Origin: Nitrososphaerota archaeon
GTDB lineage: Archaea; Thermoproteota; Nitrososphaeria; Nitrososphaerales; Nitrosopumilaceae
Assembly (NCBI GenBank): GCA_028867755.1
Contig: JAGWFT010000001.1
Span: 772,727-836,726 of the forward strand
Length of the DNA: 64,000 bases
Reading direction: 5' to 3'
The translations under genes and the position numbers were made by a program. Shown one piece after another: positions 30,153 through 39,279 of the stretch (positions are counted from its first letter, which is position 1; each line of letters starts with the position of its first letter). The notes under the pieces were generated by a model. It did no database searches. It was not told where the DNA came from and saw only the letters and a list, made by a program, of their open reading frames with translations.

Positions 30153-30248
30153 CGCCAGGTAAGGGATTCGAACCCCTGAGTGCAGAAGCACAACCGCTAT
30201 CTTGTATATGATCTCGAGGCGGTCGCCGTACCGCTTGGCTAACCTGGC
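30153..30248 (-). tRNA. tRNA-Ser(CGA) with a 14-nt intron at position 37/38 (intron 30199..30212)
   Basis: Reverse complement: GCCAGGT/ACCTGGC acceptor with G73, anticodon stem ACCGC/GCGGT, CT-CGA-G[atcatatacaagat]A, long variable arm TGTGC-TTCT-GCAC, T-loop GTTCGAATC. Confidence 0.88.
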
Positions 30249-30367
30249 AACTTGTGAAGACTCGGTCTTGGGCACATAAATACAATGAGAATAAAGTGAT
30301 CTATTGATCATATGATCAAGTATATAATAAAGGATATAAAGTAGATAATACACCATAAGAATATCGA

Positions 30368-30541
30368 ATGGAGACAATAACAAAAAAAACCATACTAATT
30401 GAATTTCAAGGCAAAAAGTATGCTCTCCCGGACGATTCTACCATCGATGATCTTCTTGATTCACTTGGTTTGACAAAAGACAAGCCTGTAAGGATGCTGG
30501 CTACAAATGATGGTTTTATTTTGATGCCAGATATGCAATAA
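30368..30541 (+). CDS. Unannotated 57-aa protein (ThiS/beta-grasp-like N-half, AbrB-like C-half)
   Basis: Manual translation METITKKTILIEFQGKKYALPDDSTIDDLLDSLGLTKDKPVRMLATNDGFILMPDMQ; below the ORF-track size cutoff. Confidence 0.7.
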   Translation: METITKKTILIEFQGKKYALPDDSTIDDLLDSLGLTKDKPVRMLATNDGFILMPDMQ

Positions 30542-30597
30542 TTGATAGTAGATAGTTTATTATTGATATGTTCTAATCTATAATTAGGTTAGGCATT

Positions 30598-30780
30598 TTG
30601 GCAAAGACTCGCATATCGATTACTATTGACAGCAAGATTGCAAAGGCGATTGAAAATTATTACCGTGAAAAGGTCAAACTGGCTGCAGAAAAAGATGAAG
30701 CCATACCTAAACTCTCAAATGTTTACGAAGAGATAATTGAAAGAGGCTGGGAATACAAATCTACTACTAGGAAAAAATAG
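30598..30780 (+). CDS. Ribbon-helix-helix (CopG/MetJ-like) small DNA-binding protein
   Basis: KTRISITIDSKIAKAI...SNVYEEIIERG alternating beta-strand then two helices. Confidence 0.7.
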   Translation: MAKTRISITIDSKIAKAIENYYREKVKLAAEKDEAIPKLSNVYEEIIERGWEYKSTTRKK

Positions 30781-30815
30781 GAAAAGCAAAAAGCATCTTG
30801 TTCTAAACTAAATTT

Positions 30816-31841
30816 ATGGGCCTAGATATCAAAACACTGTGTGTCAGAGAAAGGACTAATCTTGAGTCTTTTGCGTCTAAAATTGTTGCAATAGACGCAT
30901 ACAATGCAATTTATCAATTCCTATCCATTATTCGTGGACCTGATGGGTTACCTCTTACAGATTATAGTGGCAAAATCACAAGCCATATCACAGGTCTTTT
31001 TTATAGGAACATCAATTTTCTGTCTCTTGGAATAAAACCTGTTTATGTATTTGATGGAAAACCTCCATCGCTCAAATCAGCAGAAATAGAAAGAAGAAAA
31101 CAGATCAAAAAAGAAGCCACAATAAAGTATGAAAATGCAATTAGTCAAGGAAAATATGAAGACGCAAAAAAATATGCTCAGCAAACATCCATTCTAAAAG
31201 ATGAGATGGTGGCAGATTCTAAGAGACTATTGACTCTATTTGGAATTCCTTTCATTCAGGCAGAATCCGAAGGTGAATCTACTGCTGCTTATTTGACGAT
31301 GACTGGGCAAGCTCACGCAGCTGCAAGTCAAGATTTTGACTCGCTCTTGTTTGGGGCAAAGAGGCTTGTACGAAACTTTACAAACAACGGTAAGAGAAAA
31401 CTCCCTAATAGAAACACAACCATAGAAGTAGAGCCAGAAATTATTGATCTGGCTAAAACTTTGAGTGAACTTGGAATAACCCGTGAACAACTAGTAGATC
31501 TGGGAATATTGATAGGGACTGACTTTAACCCGGATGGTTTTGAGAGGATAGGGCCAAAGACTGCATTAAAGGCAATAAAGCAATATGAAAAACTAGAGGC
31601 AATACCGCAAATTCAAGAAAAACTAGATCAGATTGATTATGGGCAAATACGAAAAATATTTCTTGATCCACAAGTAACAAAAGTCTCTGAAATAAAATTT
31701 GGGGATGTAGATTATCAGGGCATAACAGGCTATCTTACAAAAGAACGAAACTTTTCCATTGAAAGAGTAGAAACATCATTGAATAGGTTAAAAAAGTCTG
31801 TAGAAAAAAAAAGCCACACTCTAGAACAGTGGTTCAAATAA
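30816..31841 (+). CDS. fen: Flap endonuclease 1
   Basis: [51 protein letters not shown]; C-terminal PIP-box-like HTLEQWF. Confidence 0.97.
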   Translation: MGLDIKTLCVRERTNLESFASKIVAIDAYNAIYQFLSIIRGPDGLPLTDYSGKITSHITGLFYRNINFLSLGIKPVYVFDGKPPSLKSAEIERRKQIKKEATIKYENAISQGKYEDAKKYAQQTSILKDEMVADSKRLLTLFGIPFIQAESEGESTAAYLTMTGQAHAAASQDFDSLLFGAKRLVRNFTNNGKRKLPNRNTTIEVEPEIIDLAKTLSELGITREQLVDLGILIGTDFNPDGFERIGPKTALKAIKQYEKLEAIPQIQEKLDQIDYGQIRKIFLDPQVTKVSEIKFGDVDYQGITGYLTKERNFSIERVETSLNRLKKSVEKKSHTLEQWFK

Positions 31842-31852
31842 ACTCCAAAATT

Positions 31853-33487
31853 CTAGCGTAATCTCTTTCGCTTTTCTTCTATTCTTTTTTCAGATTCCAA
31901 TCTTTCAAGATTGTAATTTTTAAGATCGACGTATTTTATTATCTGACTAAGATTTGGATGTACTTTTTTAATTGACTTGAACATTTCCTGCGCAACTTTA
32001 CGATAATCTGGATGCCCCTGAGGAACTGTTCTTAGTTCTATCAAATGAACGGCTTCTCTTAGATTCAACTTCATAAAATAGTGATATTTGTATGCAAAGT
32101 TTACAACGTATTGAGCCTGTTCTGGAGTCTTTTTTCCTAACAAATCAAAAACTTCTTTTGACTTGTACATGCAATCTTCAAAGTCTTTTCTTATTCCAAA
32201 TGACAAGATTTCTTCTGGAATTGAAAAACCGTGGTTTGTTGTCAATAGTTGTCTTTCTAGTGTTAGGACTCGGTGCCTGTGAAAGTCTCGGAACATGCCA
32301 AAATTGGTCAACAGATCAAACGTATAGTCTGTCATCTCAAATCCTCTTGGAGGCCTTTGTCTCCGGTTCGTTCGCAAACTCGAAAAAGTCTTAGTAATTT
32401 TTTTTCTTGTTACCGTATTCATCTTTTTTACTTGGGATAAAATTTCTCCATATGACATTCCTGTAGACTGTTCATATAATAGCGCAGAAATTACCTTATC
32501 TTCAGCTCTTTTCTCATACTCAGATTCTACAATCTCTACTAGAAAGTCCTTTGACTTTCTGCCCCTGAGGTGGTTCTTACCCAATGCACCGGCAGCATCT
32601 TTTAGTTCAACGAGATAACTTTGCAAGAGTTTTCCATGTTTGTCGTCAGACCTCTTAACAAACGACTTGATCGTAGTATCTAACTCCCTGTGTATCTTTT
32701 CAGCAAGTTCTCTTTCTTCTTTTAGGTTAGAAGAATATAGTATGGTGAGAAGATACTCAAACGCTCGCCCATTGCCAGTGATTCCAACATTTGTGAGAGT
32801 TGAGGCAGGAAGTATGCCTCGCAGAATATCTAATGCTTTAGCCTTTACTGTGGCATTGTAAATACGTGTAGCTGATTTGACATCTTCTTCATTTTTAAGC
32901 TGTGAGAATAAAACCTCCTCTCCTGAAGAATTTTTGAATTTCTGATCTCCAATTGGTTCTTTTTCCTGGATGTATGCTATCATTGGCTGTATATTTCTAG
33001 AATATACATCAAAGTCCAAATTACACGATTCTAGGTATTGATCCGCATACTTTGAACTCATTATGTCAGAGTCTTTGAAGAATTTGTATTCCCCATTGAT
33101 TTTTTTATCCCACGCTACATAACGCGAGGATTTTTCAAGATATGACAAGCCTATTCTGCGATCTTCTATTTTTTTTACTGCAATATTGGAAAGACCTTCT
33201 ATTGCAATTTGAGCCTCTCCAAGCTCTGCAACAGAGTCGTCTCCGTATTCTAACAAGACTTTGTTATAAAATTCTTCACCACGGTTTTCATTTTGTAGAA
33301 ATTCATCAAGAAATATTTTTCGCATGCTCTTGTCAGTTCTACTATATCTTGACATCAGGGCACCACGATCTACTTGTCGTGGTGTTACTACTGCAAAAAC
33401 AGAATCATCTACGTTAGAAAAGTGCTTCAGCAAGATCTCTTTTTCAGATTCGGAAAATTCTGACAACACGATTCGAAAGTAATTCAA
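31853..33487 (-). CDS. thyX: Flavin-dependent thymidylate synthase (two-domain)
   Basis: [47 protein letters not shown]. Confidence 0.9.
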   Translation of the reverse strand: MNYFRIVLSEFSESEKEILLKHFSNVDDSVFAVVTPRQVDRGALMSRYSRTDKSMRKIFLDEFLQNENRGEEFYNKVLLEYGDDSVAELGEAQIAIEGLSNIAVKKIEDRRIGLSYLEKSSRYVAWDKKINGEYKFFKDSDIMSSKYADQYLESCNLDFDVYSRNIQPMIAYIQEKEPIGDQKFKNSSGEEVLFSQLKNEEDVKSATRIYNATVKAKALDILRGILPASTLTNVGITGNGRAFEYLLTILYSSNLKEERELAEKIHRELDTTIKSFVKRSDDKHGKLLQSYLVELKDAAGALGKNHLRGRKSKDFLVEIVESEYEKRAEDKVISALLYEQSTGMSYGEILSQVKKMNTVTRKKITKTFSSLRTNRRQRPPRGFEMTDYTFDLLTNFGMFRDFHRHRVLTLERQLLTTNHGFSIPEEILSFGIRKDFEDCMYKSKEVFDLLGKKTPEQAQYVVNFAYKYHYFMKLNLREAVHLIELRTVPQGHPDYRKVAQEMFKSIKKVHPNLSQIIKYVDLKNYNLERLESEKRIEEKRKRLR

Positions 33488-33506
33488 TTATAAATAATCT
33501 ACTATC

Positions 33507-33821
33507 TTATCGCCAGGTCTTTTTTCCAATTTGAATCAAGTCAGTAGATCCAGATTTCATTGCATTGTGCTTTGCTTGCCATCTTAGCAGTACTTCCTTA
33601 AACGACTCTGCTTCCGATGCATCTTCTGTATACATCAAAGTTGTTATCCATTTTCCTTCTCCTGCAGTGCCGCCCATGGAATTCATCCAAAAGTCAGTTG
33701 GCATGTTTTCGAAGGCTTTGTGATTTGATTCCCTGCTCATATCTATCCATCTTTTTGCAACAAAATGTAAGACCTCGTCTAGTTCTTCCTTTGTAATCAT
33801 TATTGGACCATTACAATGCAA
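33507..33821 (-). CDS. Hypothetical protein
   Basis: 104-aa ORF, co-oriented with thyX. Confidence 0.6.
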   Translation of the reverse strand: MHCNGPIMITKEELDEVLHFVAKRWIDMSRESNHKAFENMPTDFWMNSMGGTAGEGKWITTLMYTEDASEAESFKEVLLRWQAKHNAMKSGSTDLIQIGKKTWR

Positions 33822-33927
33822 GTGATTTTAAAATTACTAATTCTCTCATAAAAGCTAAGAAAACTAGCTAAAATGATCTTACAAAAATTTGAAACCTTGT
33901 TAACACTTTGCTGGTTATATAAAAAAT

Positions 33928-34764
33928 ATGAACAGGTGTCCAATGAGCAAAGAAGATGTCGAGTTTATCGGCAAGCAAGTTAAGGACATGTATGGCACTT
34001 ACATTGGTAAGGTCATAGGAACTATAACCGATATAGACGGAAGTGTACAAACCGTAGGCGTCGATTGTGGCTCCGAAGGGCTAAAGCAAGTTCCATTTGA
34101 GCAACTGGTCGTTCAGGGACAGTTCGTGATTTTCATTCCTAGATGGAGATTAGATGCCCAGAGATTGTTGCGAGAAAAGGGTCTTACATTGCGCCGAATT
34201 CGCGCGCTGATAGATATCGTATCTGAGAATGACGACATGAAGGAGGATGCTGAATTGATCCATGAGAAATACAAAATGAAGTTACTAACTCTGGATGAGA
34301 CTGAAAAACAAATCAAAGAAAAACTAGAGCATAGATTGCTAGATCTTGACAATCAGTTAAAGTCAATCAGAATGCTGAGATTTGATGCCAAATTGCAAAA
34401 TAAAAGCAATGAGATATCTGATGCCAAGTATGAATCAGTCAAAGCTCATACAGTCGAAATCATAGAACACATTGAACATGAAAAAGCAGAGATAGTTAAC
34501 ATTCAACGTCGCATCAACGATCTTTCAGTTGATAATATGGAGCGAACCGAAAGTCCAAAACAGGACGTTCATTCAGCTGCCGTTTCCTACCTTGGTAAGG
34601 CGGAAACTACTCCCTCTTCTCAACCAAAGACACCAATACCTACTGGCGTGGTAGTTGATAATACGAATCCCCAAACATCAACCCCAAAACCAGTTGCTAT
34701 TGGAGCAGATGGTGAGGAAGAACCTCAAGACTCAGACTGGCTTAAGAGGATATCATCTTCTTAA
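33928..34764 (+). CDS. cdvA: Cell division protein CdvA-like (PRC barrel plus coiled coil)
   Basis: IGKQVKDMYGTYIGKVIG...QTVGVDCG N-terminal barrel, long coiled coil, disordered tail; likely start ATG 33943. Confidence 0.8.
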   Translation: MNRCPMSKEDVEFIGKQVKDMYGTYIGKVIGTITDIDGSVQTVGVDCGSEGLKQVPFEQLVVQGQFVIFIPRWRLDAQRLLREKGLTLRRIRALIDIVSENDDMKEDAELIHEKYKMKLLTLDETEKQIKEKLEHRLLDLDNQLKSIRMLRFDAKLQNKSNEISDAKYESVKAHTVEIIEHIEHEKAEIVNIQRRINDLSVDNMERTESPKQDVHSAAVSYLGKAETTPSSQPKTPIPTGVVVDNTNPQTSTPKPVAIGADGEEEPQDSDWLKRISSS

Positions 34765-34783
34765 AACTGTCTGATGGGATGGG

Positions 34784-34822
34784 AAGATTCGCTCCTACCT
34801 CCTTTGAACGAATCTTTTTTTT
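34784..34822 (+). terminator. Possible hairpin plus T-tract between cdvA and acs
   Basis: AAGATTCG...CGAATCTT 8-bp stem running into a T8 tract. Confidence 0.35.
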
Positions 34823-34845
34823 AAGACAGATGCAAAACATATTCG

Positions 34846-36762
34846 TTGGATGAAACATATCGACTAGGTCTTGGAAATAATGATATTCTAACAAGAAAAA
34901 GAGCCGAACAGGACTATGTAAAATTCTGGGAAGAAGAAGCAGGTAAACTGCATTGGTTTGAAAAATGGCACAAAACACTAGAGTGGACACCACCTTTTGC
35001 AAAATGGTTTGTAAATGGAAAGATCAATGCTTCTTACAACGCACTTGACGTAGTATCTCAAACAACACCTGAAAAATCCGCCATCCTCTGGGAAGGTGAG
35101 AATGGTGAAAAACGATCTCTCACATATGGTGAGTTATTAAATTACGTATGTAAAGTTGCAAATGTCCTCAAATCTCTTGGAGTAAAAAAAGGAGACCGAG
35201 TCACTGTGTATCTGCCAATGATTCCAGAATTGATTGTTTCGTTACTTGCCTGTGCAAGAATAGGTGCTATTCATACTGTCATCTTCTCTGGATTTAGTTC
35301 GCAGTCTATACGAGACAGAGTCTATGATTCAAAATCAAAGGTCATAATTACATCAGATGGCGGTTTTAGAAGAGGCACCATAGTAAAATTAAAGCAGATT
35401 GTAGATGAAGCAATCTCTGGTCTAGATTTTGTAGAAAATGTACTGGTGTATGAGCATGCCAAGATTCCGATAACAATGGGAGAAAAAGATAAGAAATGGA
35501 GTGATCTGATACATAGTGCATCAGAATATTGCGAGCCAGAAAAACTTGATAGCGCTCATCCGCTTTACATCTTGTACACATCAGGAACTACAGGTAAACC
35601 CAAAGGGGTTCTCCATGGAACTGGCGGATATTTGGTACATCTTTACAACACATTCAAATGGGTTTTTGATATTCAAAAATCTGATATCTATTTTTGTACT
35701 GCTGATATTGGATGGGTTACAGGCCATAGCTATATCGTATATGGACCTTTAATGCATGGAGCGACTCAGGTTATGTATGAAGGAGCGCTAGTTTTTCCAA
35801 CTCCTAAGAGAATATGGGAAATAATAGAAAGATACAAAGTCACAATTCTTTACACCACTCCTACCGCACTGCGCATGTTTATGAAATATGGCGATACGCT
35901 ACCAAACTCAAAAGATCTATCTAGCCTAAGATTGCTTGGCACTGTAGGTGAACCAATAAATCCAGAGGTATGGAAATGGTATTTCAAAATAATTGGAAAA
36001 GAAAAGTGCCCAATAATAGATACTTGGTGGCAAACAGAAACTGGAGGAATCATGATCTCTCCAGTACCGGGATTGGAAACAATATCTCTTAAACCAGGCT
36101 CTGCAACACTCCCATTGCCTGGAATCAATGTTGCAATAGTTGATGAAAATGGACATGATCTCCCAACTGAAACAAAAGGCTATCTTGTAGTCAAAGATCC
36201 ATGGCCTGGAATGCTTCTTTCACTGTGGCAAGATGATGAAAAATACAAAGTTGCTTACTGGTCAAAATACAAGACAATGTACTATTCAGGAGACTATGCA
36301 ATCAAAGATAAAGATGGTTACTTTTGGATGCTGGGAAGATCAGACGATGTTCTAAAGGTGGCAGGCCACAGGCTTGGAACTGCAGAGATCGAGAGCGGAT
36401 TTGTATCCCACAAATCAGTGGCAGAAGCTGCTGTGTGCGGAATTCCACACGAAGTAAAAGGAGAATCAATAATAGTATTCATAGTACTAAAAGAAGGAAT
36501 CAGTTCAAGTAAACAATTGGAAAGCGAACTTATTCAACACATAAGAGATGTAGTTGGGCCTATTGCAACTCCTGATCAACTGTATATTGTTTCAAAATTA
36601 CCAAAGACAAGAAGCGGGAAGATAATGAGAAGACTACTAAAAGCTGTAGCAAAAGGTGAAAGTACTGGAGATGTAAGTACACTAGAAGACGAAGCTGCGG
36701 TAGATGAGATTCGTATTGCTTTAAATGAATTGCAAAAAACTATTTCGAAGAAATCAAATTAA
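34846..36762 (+). CDS. acs: Acetyl-CoA synthetase (AMP-forming)
   Basis: YTSGTTGKPKG, DTWWQTETGG, GRSDDVLKVAGHRLGTAEIES, LPKTRSGKIMRR. Confidence 0.96.
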   Translation: MDETYRLGLGNNDILTRKRAEQDYVKFWEEEAGKLHWFEKWHKTLEWTPPFAKWFVNGKINASYNALDVVSQTTPEKSAILWEGENGEKRSLTYGELLNYVCKVANVLKSLGVKKGDRVTVYLPMIPELIVSLLACARIGAIHTVIFSGFSSQSIRDRVYDSKSKVIITSDGGFRRGTIVKLKQIVDEAISGLDFVENVLVYEHAKIPITMGEKDKKWSDLIHSASEYCEPEKLDSAHPLYILYTSGTTGKPKGVLHGTGGYLVHLYNTFKWVFDIQKSDIYFCTADIGWVTGHSYIVYGPLMHGATQVMYEGALVFPTPKRIWEIIERYKVTILYTTPTALRMFMKYGDTLPNSKDLSSLRLLGTVGEPINPEVWKWYFKIIGKEKCPIIDTWWQTETGGIMISPVPGLETISLKPGSATLPLPGINVAIVDENGHDLPTETKGYLVVKDPWPGMLLSLWQDDEKYKVAYWSKYKTMYYSGDYAIKDKDGYFWMLGRSDDVLKVAGHRLGTAEIESGFVSHKSVAEAAVCGIPHEVKGESIIVFIVLKEGISSSKQLESELIQHIRDVVGPIATPDQLYIVSKLPKTRSGKIMRRLLKAVAKGESTGDVSTLEDEAAVDEIRIALNELQKTISKKSN

Positions 36763-37253
36763 ATTGAGATTATCTGTAGTTTGGAATTTGCTGTTATGTT
36801 AAATTTACTAACAAAACCTGCAGCCACCTCTAACACATATTTTGCCGGTTTGCCTCCCCCATTATCAACTGTGCATGTTGCAGTTTCAAGTGCTGATTGG
36901 CATGGTTGTACATATTTTGCAATGTGTACCACATTTCCATCGCTGTCAAACCAAATTACATCTAGAGGAAACTGCATATTTAACATCCATATGGGTATGA
37001 CTTGAGCATTATCCATGACAAAAATCATTCCTTGGTCGTACGGTAATTGATCTTGAAACATCAGTCCTCTAGTTCTCTGTGCATCAGTTTCTGCTATCTG
37101 GACATCTAGTGTTACGTTATCTATCTTCACAGTACCTTTTGGAAACTTGACCTCAGCAAGTTTGGAATCTGCAGGAATTGTTAATACTCCAACGATGCCA
37201 ATTATTACTGCTGTGATGGCTATTGGAATTAATACCTGGCCTCTTGTTGCCAC
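36759..37253 (-). CDS. DUF192-family exported protein
   Basis: N-terminal TM; IAETDAQRTRGLMF, GMIF, WMLNMQFPLDVIW, YVLEVAAG. Confidence 0.9.
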   Translation of the reverse strand: MATRGQVLIPIAITAVIIGIVGVLTIPADSKLAEVKFPKGTVKIDNVTLDVQIAETDAQRTRGLMFQDQLPYDQGMIFVMDNAQVIPIWMLNMQFPLDVIWFDSDGNVVHIAKYVQPCQSALETATCTVDNGGGKPAKYVLEVAAGFVSKFNITANSKLQIISI

Positions 37254-37460
37254 AAGAGCATATTGACTACAACTAATTAAAAACTAATGGAAACCCCTGT
37301 TGTATGGAAAAACATGATAAATCTGCTAATTTGATTTATTTCTCACCTGACTGTGTTTATGATCAACAGCTGCTAAAAGTAGATGCTGCATCATTCTCAC
37401 AATGTGTCAAAAATAGATTGCAAATAATCGAAAGATCCATATGGATGTTTCACGGGAGAC

Positions 37461-37609
37461 TAAGGCACCGTGCTTTTTTGTGAAGTTGTAAATATGCTTT
37501 CATTCCCTAAGATTGGGGTATCTTTTTTCTTTGAACCTCTGAATACTTTTTCACGGTCTCTAATTTTACCGTTTAATCTTTCCATCTTGTTTGATCTTCG
37601 GTTCTGTAA
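37461..37609 (-). pseudogene. Decayed DDE transposase C-terminal fragment (IS6-like archaeal type)
   Basis: Reverse frame LQNRRSNKMERLNGKIRDREKVFRGSKKKDTPILG, then after a frameshift YNFTKKHGAL; matches the NxxERxNxxxRxRxKxxRGxK / YNFxxxH pattern; no start, no intact ends found. Confidence 0.7.
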
Positions 37610-37817
37610 AAAAATTTAACAATAGAGGTTTTTTCTGCAAACTTGTTACCACAAGAAGTTCTGTATTGAACTTTTTCTTAGGTATAGGAACTGTGGTAGA
37701 AATTATGTTATCAGAAAATATACCTATTCCCCCCACTAGAATTTTTCATCCCTCGATAACCCGACAGAACCTTAGATAGAAAAGTTTTAATCATCCTAGA
37801 TAGGTAGTTGCATCGTA

Positions 37818-39095
37818 TTGAATCTGGATAGAACTTTTGCGATCTTAGTATTAACGGTGGCTTTTGTCATGATCACGCCAAGTCTTCTTATACATGCTAA
37901 TGCTTTAACCCAAATCATTCATGTTAATGAACAAACCTCAGTAACCCTTTCAGGTTTGACCTCTGCGGATCCGGATGGAGACGCACTGACTTATGCATGG
38001 CAACAAACCGATGGTCCAGCTGTAAAACTGGATAGTGCAACCAATCCTACCATAACATTTACGACACCAGCTGTTCCAGCCGGTCAAATACAGTCACTGA
38101 CTTTTCAACTCACAGTAGATGACGGTCACGGTGCATATGATCACACCACCTTGGTTGTTCTAGTACAACACGTTAATCATAATCCAATCTTAGTGATGGA
38201 CAAAGATATCACAGTTATGGAAGGATCTCCTGTAACAATATCTGGAAGTGCAACAGATCCAGATAATGACAAATTGACATACTCTTGGGGACAATTCTCT
38301 GGTACTACTATCCCATTATCCGCTACCAATAGTCCTACTTTGTCATTTACAGCACCAATGATAGACCCGAAATCAAGTGATAAACTCTTATTCCTACTCC
38401 AGGCAACAGATCCATACGGCGGGAAAGCTATAGGGCAGATCCAAGTTACAGTCCTAAGTAACCCGACACAGCTTGCAACATTATCATGTGCAGATATTAC
38501 TGCACATGCAGGTGACCAAGTAACATTGTCGCCGATTATTAGCAATCCAAGCAACGGACCATTGCCGTCATACTACTTTTCTCAAATCAGAGGCACCAAT
38601 GTAGTCTTTACATCTGATTCCTCAAATCCATCGTTTACTGTGCCGCAGCCTGTGACGACTAGAGCTACTCCAGAATACCTTGCAGGTCAATTACAGTTTG
38701 TCTTGTTTGTCAATGACGGTGTTACCTATCTTCCAGAATGTTGGTTAAATGTCAACATTGCACAACCACCACAGCAAACCAGTACTCCGCCAGTTGCAAA
38801 TGCCGGTCCAGCCGAGACTGTAGAACACAATGAATCAGTAACATTGGATGGAACAGCTAGTACAGGAGACAACTTACAATACGTGTGGACACAGACTAGC
38901 GGTGATCCAGTACACTTGATAGCGGATAAAACAGCACAACCAAACTTTGTTGCGCCTGATGTTGCTATAGGTCAGACCAAGACTTTGACATTCCAACTTA
39001 CAGTAAGTAATGACGGTGGCAGTAACAGCGATACAGTTACTATAACGGTAGAAAATCCAAACAGTGCACCAACAGCTAAAATCACTGTACAATAG
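37818..39095 (+). CDS. Secreted four-domain PKD/Ig-like protein (paralog 1)
   Basis: Signal peptide ending HANA; repeats DPDGDALTYAWQQTDGP / LTFQLTVDDG / PPVANAGP; no TM anchor. Confidence 0.88.
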   Translation: MNLDRTFAILVLTVAFVMITPSLLIHANALTQIIHVNEQTSVTLSGLTSADPDGDALTYAWQQTDGPAVKLDSATNPTITFTTPAVPAGQIQSLTFQLTVDDGHGAYDHTTLVVLVQHVNHNPILVMDKDITVMEGSPVTISGSATDPDNDKLTYSWGQFSGTTIPLSATNSPTLSFTAPMIDPKSSDKLLFLLQATDPYGGKAIGQIQVTVLSNPTQLATLSCADITAHAGDQVTLSPIISNPSNGPLPSYYFSQIRGTNVVFTSDSSNPSFTVPQPVTTRATPEYLAGQLQFVLFVNDGVTYLPECWLNVNIAQPPQQTSTPPVANAGPAETVEHNESVTLDGTASTGDNLQYVWTQTSGDPVHLIADKTAQPNFVAPDVAIGQTKTLTFQLTVSNDGGSNSDTVTITVENPNSAPTAKITVQ

Positions 39096-39279
39096 ATTTA
39101 GCTTATTACATAACTTGTTATTCAAGTCCAAGAATATGGTGATCTACTACAATCCTTCAGATTTTTTATCATGATCTTTTTTGAATTTCACTGAGCAACC
39201 ATTACAAAGATTTGGTTTGTAATAATTTTAATTTATATGAAAAGCTTATAACCCCCCAATAACTCACTCATAAACACAC

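Noticed and set aside
30078-30383. 101-aa reverse-strand ORF
   Set aside because: Spans the tRNA-Ser gene on the same strand; spurious
37591-37779. 62-aa plus-strand ORF upstream of the PKD genes
   Set aside because: Overlaps the decayed transposase region, no family motif; more likely non-coding
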